The position numbers and the translations under genes were made by a program. The notes under the pieces were generated by a model, which saw only the letters and a program-made list of their open reading frames with translations, was not told the DNA's origin and did no database searches. Below are positions 55,656 through 64,000 of a DNA stretch of 64,000 nt, piece after piece (within the stretch, counting starts at the first letter, position 1; each line of letters opens with the position of its first letter). The DNA is from Octopus vulgaris (taxonomy: Eukaryota), in contig OX597837.1 of the NCBI GenBank assembly GCA_951406725.2, forward strand, positions 15,996,001 to 16,060,000. The letters run 5' to 3'.

Positions 55656-56192
55656 GTGCTAAATGACAAGCTAGAGACACGAACAGTAACTCTTAAATGA
55701 AACAACAACGGACCCTCTGCGTGATCGTCTGGCGTTTTTAGAAACAGCCCCAAAATCGTTCCCTGATTAAACTACCCTTTTTTTAAAAATTTTACACTTA
55801 TTTATCACAATTTGATTACAAAGAAAAATACATTTGATAATAAAATCCTTGATACGTTGTGTCTGAGTCAAAAACAGAAAGGTTGATCCTGGCTGGAAGA
55901 ATGCATTTGATGCGAAGTCGATTGGAGCAGGTTTGAACTTGAGGCGAGTGCAGGGCAGTGGTTCAACTACAGATACATAGAGAATGACCATGATGACACG
56001 GCGACAACAACAACAACAGCAACAATCTGTGCCGTTACAATTCGTTGCGCTCCTGCATTGAAACTCTGTTGTTTTGTACTGATATCAAAATGTATCGTTT
56101 CACGTTTAAAACAGCGATTTTCAACCGGTTTCGTTCCGTGGTGCAATAAATAAAGGCGCTGAAAGTGTTGCAACACTGTAAACATTTTTATT

Positions 56193-56260
<68 letters not shown>

Positions 56261-56778
56261 ACACATACATTGAAAACTAGGAGAGCGGCTGCATGACTTT
56301 TAAAAAGATAGGAGTCAGACACCTGCCGCCATTGGTGCTCTCCCTGAGGAGACATGAATCCTAATCGGAGTCAGAGAAAACTACTGCTGTCAGTCGCGGC
56401 TCTCTTAGGGACGCCCTCGGTCTCACAGCCAATCTCAATAGCTATGCTGACGTTACAAAGTGCACAGGCAGCCAAAGATCTTGAACTGAAAATTACAGAA
56501 AGACCTAACTTACAAGTGGGCTGAAAAAGACAACATGCTGCTCAAGAAATGTCAAGGTAGGCATAATTCGCCGCTGCTTTTCAATCTCAGTCTTTCAGCT
56601 CGGCATAGAACTGATGCAGTACATTTCACCGACACCGTTTTCTTTTGGTGCGACAAAGGCAGAAATAGATCCGCCTTCAACTCAGTCGCGCGCCTATGTT
56701 TCGCTTATCTTTTATGTGTTTTACTACATAAAGGTCGCCTACTGCCTACCCTGAATAATTACTGACCGCACGTGCCTG

Positions 56779-56821
<43 letters not shown>

Positions 56822-56830
56822 ATGTATGTG

Positions 56831-56883
<53 letters not shown>

Positions 56884-57072
56884 TAATAAATATTAGGGAA
56901 TAAATCCAAATTTACAGGGAAAAATCAGATTTAGGATTGAATCCAATTTTATAGTAAAATATTATATTATATTATATTAGAGACAAAACCACTATTATGC
57001 AAATCAAACAAAGAAAGACTTAAGCCAATACATAAAATAATTTATATAAATTAAAATTTAACAATTATAAAT

Positions 57073-57126
57073 AACCACTACGATCGTTTCGTGTCAGCAC
57101 ATCTTTGAGACATTCTTCAGGTGGTT
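57073..57126 (-). ncRNA. Type I hammerhead ribozyme (HHR-1)
   Basis: AACCAC-CUGAAGA-AUGUC(13 nt)GACAC-GAAA-CGAUCG-UA^GUGGUU: perfect 6-bp stem I, complete core, palindromic stem III, GUA triplet; only deviation is A-C at 10.1/11.1. Confidence 0.85.
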
Positions 57127-57204
57127 TCAAAACCTTCTTGGCGAGTTTTAAACTATGAGAATATTTATATTATAATATTATATTATAATATTTATATTAT
57201 AGAA

Positions 57205-57258
57205 GGAGCTTCTATAGGACTAGAACTGTTTCATTCAGATGAAATCTTCAGGAGCTTC
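57205..57258 (-). ncRNA. Hammerhead motif HHR-2, - strand copy
   Basis: GAAGCUC-CUGAAGA-UUUCAUCUGAAU-GAAA-CAG(UUCUAGUC)CUA-UA^GAAGCUCC; intact core, bulged stem I, C-A mismatch in stem III. Confidence 0.6.
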
Positions 57259-57305
57259 CCGAAGATTTCATCTGAATGAAACAGTTCTAGTCCTGTAGAA
57301 GCTCC
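57251..57305 (+). ncRNA. Hammerhead motif HHR-2, + strand copy
   Basis: GGAGCUUC-CCGAAGA-UUUCAUCUGAAU-GAAA-CAG(UUCUAGUC)CUG-UA^GAAGCUCC; perfect 8-bp stem I, paired stem III, U4C in the core. Confidence 0.6.
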
Positions 57306-57396
57306 TTCTATAAAATAAGTTACTTTACTCTGCTATGTATTGAGTACCTTATTTACTGTGGTTAACCCCGACTCAACCCGGGACCTACATATATAT

Positions 57397-57427
<31 letters not shown>

Positions 57428-57519
57428 CATATACATACATATATATATATATATATAACATATACATACACACACATATATATATACACACATATATATA
57501 CACATATACATACACACAC

Positions 57520-57606
<87 letters not shown>

Positions 57607-58709
57607 ACAAACCATTATAACTTACTTGTCCGTGTTGCACTACTTTGACTCTCGGGAACGTAGCGAAAGAATGATTGGCTGGTTGGAAATTTATAACTAG
57701 TGTTATGTTGGTTCTCGAAAATAGCTGATAGAAAATAAACCTGAGATGCTGAACGACGACTGACTTCAAGTTAGGCAAAAACAACAGCAAAAACTAGGAA
57801 AACTGTCATCCACATATACGAAAAATAATTGGGAAGAAAGCGACGGAAAGAGTTCAGTGATTTTACCTTGGGGGATGGAATGTCGGACGTTTCGAACAAA
57901 GTCCTTCTTCAAGCTAAATTTGAAAGGAGGAAGATAAAAGATATCAGTTTTACATCGTTTATGTTTGAGAAACAGGCTGCAACTGATGATAATATTGGTG
58001 TTGATGTTAATACTAATGATGATGATGATGATGATGATGATGGCAATAACAACAACAACAAGAATAACAACAGAATAAATGAGTTTTTCTTTAATTTTCT
58101 TTATTTTAATTTTAAATACATCTAGCAAATATGTAAACATATAGAAACCGAAAAAATAAACATGTAGCAATGAGAAACATGTGGGGGTTGGAATATAAAA
58201 CATGTAGCAATAGGACACGTGCTCTTTATTGAATTTTCTCAAAGATACTTAATGCTAAATTGCAAAAAAAAAAAAAATGTAATACTACTTGACAACTTTT
58301 TTAAAACTTAAAGTCTGCAATATTAGCGTTGAAACCGCCAACAGGTAGGTACATCTTGGTTTAAAGTTACTGGTAGATTTTTGATATGAGATTTTGATGT
58401 ACTCAAATAGCTGAATGCATATTTTAGTTCACATTAAAAAAAAACACATCTTACTATTTCTAAGCATGCATCTTTTGTCTGTATAAATTACCATTCTTCT
58501 TCTTATTATTTACTTTTTTTTTATTTATTAGGCTTTAGAAAGCTCGTGGTTTGGCATCACGTTTGCTTGCCTGATGAGTAAATATATTATTACAGTAAGG
58601 CGGATCTACCAAGCAACTCAAAGAAAAATAAACGAGGAAAAAGCCACAAGAAATTTCGAGAAAACTTCTCAGGAAATATTTATTTCTTCCATTCATGGAA
58701 CTGTTGTTG

Positions 58710-58780
<71 letters not shown>

Positions 58781-59914
58781 TAGCGGAGGTTGCTGGAGTG
58801 AAATTAGTTGTTTCCACAAATGGTTTACCACCACTGCTAAGCATAGCGTTTGTTGCTTTCTTTTTAATTTTTCTAAGATTGGTTCAGTTTCTGAAAGGTA
58901 AAGAGAAGGGCGGAGAACCGTGTCTAACATGTGTTTTAGTTACATCTTTACACGATATAGCTTTATCTAGTTAATAAACAAGATAGCTTAATCAGTAGCC
59001 ATGTTCTCATATCTTTTCCCTGTAACTTTACAAATGTATTGAAATCATTCTTCAGCAAAGTTACTTTGTTTTGATAGCATCGAATGTCATTTCTTCGGAG
59101 ATTTGTTATCTGCGAAGTGAGGCTGTGTGTTTGCTCCAATCTTTATCTACATCTTTAGCTACGATATTGTCGTTATTTTTAGCTACGATGCCAATAGCAG
59201 TGACTAAGCTGAGGGATTTGGCGGGTAGCTTATATCTTCTGATGATAGTGTAATGTCTGTAGTTACGTCTTTAGTTTATGATGGTCATTAGCCGTGTCTT
59301 TAGTTACATCTTGAATATATTAATATCTTGGACCACACGTTTTGTAGCTCCTTCTTTTTTTTCTCTCTCGTCAGCAGCTTCTTATGAGTACATACATAAT
59401 CAAAATATACTCGTTACGAAGATAATGTTTTCTTTTGTAAACAAAAAAAAAAGTGGGGCTGGGGTGGATTACTGGGTATCCATTAACGACAACAGATAAT
59501 AATAATAATAATAAGCAAATATATATATAACCAAAGTTTATTAGTGGTATTATAGCTAGTAGTATTAGAAGTAGTAATACGATTATATAGAACTTGCTTC
59601 GATTTCTTTTGATTGTCTGTGTTAATAAAATTCATATACACAATAAAAAAATTTAAAAAAAAGTAAACATTCAATACATTGCCGGATTAAAAACACTGAC
59701 CGAATATATTTCCTTCCAATTTTTTTTTTATTCATTTTCTTTATATTTCTTTTTTCCATTTTAGATTTTTTTTTCTGACCAGTTTTTCTGTTTTTTTTCT
59801 ACAATCATATTTTATTTTACCTAAAATGGCCTCTTGCTAAGCAGGACATCATTCATCAGCTCTGGTTCTATAGAAGCGACATGATTTAGTTGGTCAGTGT
59901 GTGTGTAAATATGT

Positions 59915-59963
59915 CTATATATATATGAATATATATATATATATGAATATATATATATATATA

Positions 59964-60059
<96 letters not shown>

Positions 60060-60141
60060 TATGAATATATATATATATTTATATATATATAGATATATAT
60101 TTATATACATATATATATATTTATATACATATATATATATG

Positions 60142-60172
<31 letters not shown>

Positions 60173-60210
60173 GTATCCATTTATATACATTAGATATATA
60201 CATATATATA
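59915..60210. repeat. Interrupted (TA)n microsatellite
   Basis: Directly visible. Confidence 0.9.
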
Positions 60211-60293
60211 CAATGACATCACAAACCTATAAAGTTGGCCATTTTAAAAATAAATCTCTCTCTCTAACCCATTCTTTCTCCCTCTCTCTCTCG

Positions 60294-60332
<39 letters not shown>

Positions 60333-60713
60333 TCTTTCTCACCCTCTCACTCCCACTCTCTTACTAAAACTTTGCTCTGCATGTCTCATTTTTTTTTTTA
60401 CGGGGGTTTCTTTTTATACAAGTTTTATATCAGAGTTTGCAAAATACACACATAATACATATTTTTACTACAATGCAGGACACCAACTGGATTAACAGAC
60501 CGACAGACCGACAGACGAGCCGATAATGATTTCATAAACGCTTATTTATGGGTTTGGCCTTCAATTACAAACTGCTGTGATCTCACATAAACCATTTGTT
60601 TCCCATTCAAACTGCGTTGGTTCTGGTTTATATAACTAGTGGCAGATTCACCAACAAAATCTTCAAAAAAATAACAGTCGAAAACTCTGCTTTTGAGACA
60701 ACGGTTATACAAT

Positions 60714-60771
<58 letters not shown>

Positions 60772-60887
60772 CAGCAGCAGCAGCAGCAGCAGCAGCAGAT
60801 AAACCCAGATCAGCACAAATGGAACAGAATTATGAGCAAAGACGATCCACTCTGAAAGCAGCCCACCTCTTTCTCTCTCTCTCACTC

Positions 60888-60924
<37 letters not shown>

Positions 60925-61712
60925 TAGATTACATTTGCAAATCTGTCCCACCGTCTTGTTTTGTTTTAAGTACAATGTTATCTGAAGAACATTTGGCTGC
61001 TATTTCTGGAAGGTCAAGTGACTAAGGAGGTGCAATGTTGAGGTACCCTTCTTAACTGCAGGAAAAGCTCGCACGCATTCATTCAACATTGAAACCGCTC
61101 GCTGAAGAATTTTTGTGGACAAAGCTATAAGAATGTATAAAATAATGATTTTAATCTTAAAAGCTCAAAAGATACTCGAATAAAATTTCCATTCAACACT
61201 GCACAGTGACAGTTGAAGCATTAAAACTATCTGCTTAGTTTGCATATTATGATTATCTAACCCATTATGACGTCTTAATAAATATTGCGTAACGACATTG
61301 CATGAATAGTAATGAATTTGCAAAATTACTGATTTTTAATTTCCTGCTGAACCTACGGGTCTGATTCGCAGGTTTTTCCCATTTTGAATTTTCTGCTCGG
61401 CCCTGGTATTAAACTTCATCTCCCACTCATATCTAACAGGTCTTCCTGGTTGGATCTTTTGTCTTAGATACATGAAGCCTTTTGTTGCAAAGTGTCGTAG
61501 TTGCAGTGGCAGAGTTAAGGATTCATCGACGAACGACTAAAGCTGTACAACAACAGAAACGTGATCATGAGGACTTCAACGACTGGACGCCACTTGCGCA
61601 CCGCAATAATCTATCTGTGCTTTTGTATATGTAAGTGTGTATATATATATATACATATGTGTGTGTGTGTGTATGTGTATGCACATATGCATACATGCAG
61701 ACACATACATGC

Positions 61713-61772
<60 letters not shown>

Positions 61773-62016
61773 TACATATATTTACACACACACATATATA
61801 TATCTATAAAACTCAATCAACCTTCTCAGTGGTCAAAAGGGATAAACATTCCCTTCACGGATGCTACGGACTTCACCGTAGTCATCTCAAAGAATAGGGA
61901 CTGTGGTCTTAAGAGACACGCGCTTTGTGGAAACGCGCGTAGCGATGCATTAAAAGATTTATAATTTCTATCCAAGGATTATTATTATTACTATATATGT
62001 GTGTGTGTGTGTATGC

Positions 62017-62072
<56 letters not shown>

Positions 62073-62312
62073 ACACACACACACACACACACATATATAT
62101 TATGGTGTTTGCAAAATTACATGCATTTCTGTATTTAAAAATATTTTGAAACAGAAATTTCCTTCAAAGAAATTTCAAGATTTAGAGGTAGACGTTTTAA
62201 AACTATAAAACCTTGTTGTTGTTGATGTGGTTGTTATTGTTGTTGTTGTTGTTCTTCTTCTTCTTCTTCTTCTTCTTCTTCTTCTTCTACCACCCATTGT
62301 TGTATTATTATT

Positions 62313-62375
<63 letters not shown>

Positions 62376-62510
62376 GTGGTTGTTGTTTGATCCTTTGGGG
62401 GCCGATTATATAAAGTACCTATCCAGTACTGGAGTCAAAATAGCGTCGACTAATTTCCCACCCCGCCTCAGAATTGCTGGCCTTGTGTTTAAATTAGAAA
62501 TTAACACCAT

Positions 62511-62512
<2 letters not shown>

Positions 62513-62553
<41 letters not shown>

Positions 62554-62620
62554 GCTGCTGCTGCTACTGCTGCTACAGCTGCTGCTACTGCTGCTGCTGC
62601 TACTACTGCTGCTGCTGCTG

Positions 62621-62654
<34 letters not shown>
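62513..62654. repeat. (CTA)n/(CTG)n compound microsatellite
   Basis: Directly visible. Confidence 0.9.
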
Positions 62655-63022
62655 AAGCTTCTAGTGAAATTATAAGGTGGAAAGCAGGAGATACTAGACA
62701 GAGTGGCATGTCTGCTTAATACCAAGTTTTTGCATATTTTGGGACTTTTATTATTATTTTTCATTTACCTTTCATTCCGCCACCCCATTGTGAATATAAT
62801 ACTACCTTCATCATGATTTTTTACAGAATTTTTTACTTTCTAAAAAAAAAAAATGATTCAAATATTTGCGTCCGTGTTATTTTATTATTTTATGTATATT
62901 ATGACGTCAGTTATATATAAAACATATATTTAAAAAAAAACATCCTTTTTTAATTAAAATTTATCTTTAAAAATCTCTTTAAAATCTCAGATTAACACAG
63001 AGCTTCTGAAAGATATGAAGAG

Positions 63023-63049
<27 letters not shown>

Positions 63050-63053
<4 letters not shown>

Positions 63054-63091
63054 AACTAAGCAACAAGGATATCCTTGTTGCTTATTTTGAT
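63050..63091. repeat. 42-bp loopless palindrome
   Basis: ATCAAACTAAGCAACAAGGAT|ATCCTTGTTGCTTATTTTGAT, one mismatch. Confidence 0.9.
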
Positions 63092-63702
63092 TTTAATCAC
63101 CTTACTTTGAAATTGTATGAATAATACCGTACTAAATTCTGGTGCCTCAATCATATTCATCTAAATATATATATATATATATATATGTAGGCGCTTTCGG
63201 CTGTTAACACCGTTCCAAGCATGTGTAAAATTATTTTCATGTCTTCCATAGCGTGTGTCTTAATCTTTTTTTCTTTAAGTGTCAAATATTCAAATATTGT
63301 CCTCGTAGAAAGAATTATTTGTTTTAAAATTTCATTTATACCCATGTGTTGTGTGTATGTTTGTGTACCTGTGTGTTCGCCCGTGTGTGTATTTGTACAC
63401 ATATGTATATGTGTATTATGATGTCTTCTTTATGACGTTCGGTATTTGTCATAACTGCTTGTACAGCAAGATCAAACTGTTTTGTCTCTGTCTTAGACAT
63501 TAGTCATATGTGTCTTTAGTCTTCTTATGCGTTTAAACTTTATGTCCACGTTATGACGTATGTTGCTGTTTGTTTAGTGTGTAATTCCAGTCATATACGT
63601 CGTTATTGTCGAGGCGGCGATGGTTGGTGTAGCTTCTATGAGTCTGTGTGTGTGTGTGTATTTGCGCGTGCATACCTACATTGATATAAATAAATATGTG
63701 CG

Positions 63703-63746
<44 letters not shown>

Positions 63747-64000
63747 CACACACACTTGTATAAATACATGCGTGTGTATATGTATATATATATATACTTG
63801 TATATATATATGTATGTAATGACTGTACCTATGTGCATACGTGTATGTAGGTCTCTCTCTCTCTCTCTCTCTCGCTCTCTCAATGTATATGTATGTATAT
63901 GTGTGTGTGTGTATGTATATATGTATGCATATATAAATTTATATATTTTTACGCGCATACACACACACATATATATGCATATATATATATATATATATAT

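Larger units (their letters stand above)
57197..57313. repeat. Near-perfect inverted repeat (53-bp arms, 11-nt spacer, 1 mismatch)
   Basis: Arms at 57197-57249 and 57261-57313. Confidence 0.95.
56879..57388. mobile_element. Non-autonomous, hammerhead-bearing Penelope-pLTR/retrozyme-like element in (TA)n
   Basis: Flanked on both sides by (TA)n; no ORF; two hammerhead motifs and a 53-bp fold-back. Confidence 0.7.

Noticed and set aside
55767-55991. 74-aa - strand ORF with an acceptor-like site
   Set aside because: Sequence resembles a decayed OK-like SINE (AAGTTCAAA...TCGACTT)
56344-56385. CTGAGGA-GAC...GTC-AGAGAAAA
   Set aside because: GAAA misplaced and no cleavage helix
58571-58605. CTGATGA followed by a GTAA/TTAC stem
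   Set aside because: No GAAA box or stem III

Overview
AT-rich eukaryotic DNA saturated with microsatellites. Its tRNA-derived SINEs, Tx1/L1, RTE, Dong/R4 and Penelope-like retroelements and maT-type mariners resemble repeat families I recall from Octopus genomes (taxon inferred, not proven). No host protein-coding gene can be called with confidence: most ORFs in the track are microsatellite translations, and the recognisable coding remnants are all decayed transposon ORFs. The most notable signal is RNA-level. A ~510-bp non-coding element in a (TA)n tract (56879-57388) carries two different hammerhead ribozyme motifs on the - strand, and one of them is duplicated in a 53-bp fold-back, so it is also present on the + strand. 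A further good hammerhead lies at 19776-19834, and five degenerate ones are scattered through the window. Also present: a Penelope-like element with an inverted arm and a candidate TSD that hosts a nested Tx1 LINE, a mariner built from two left ends, a clean piggyBac-type MITE and a 2.2-kb (TA)n tract. All motif calls were made by eye.
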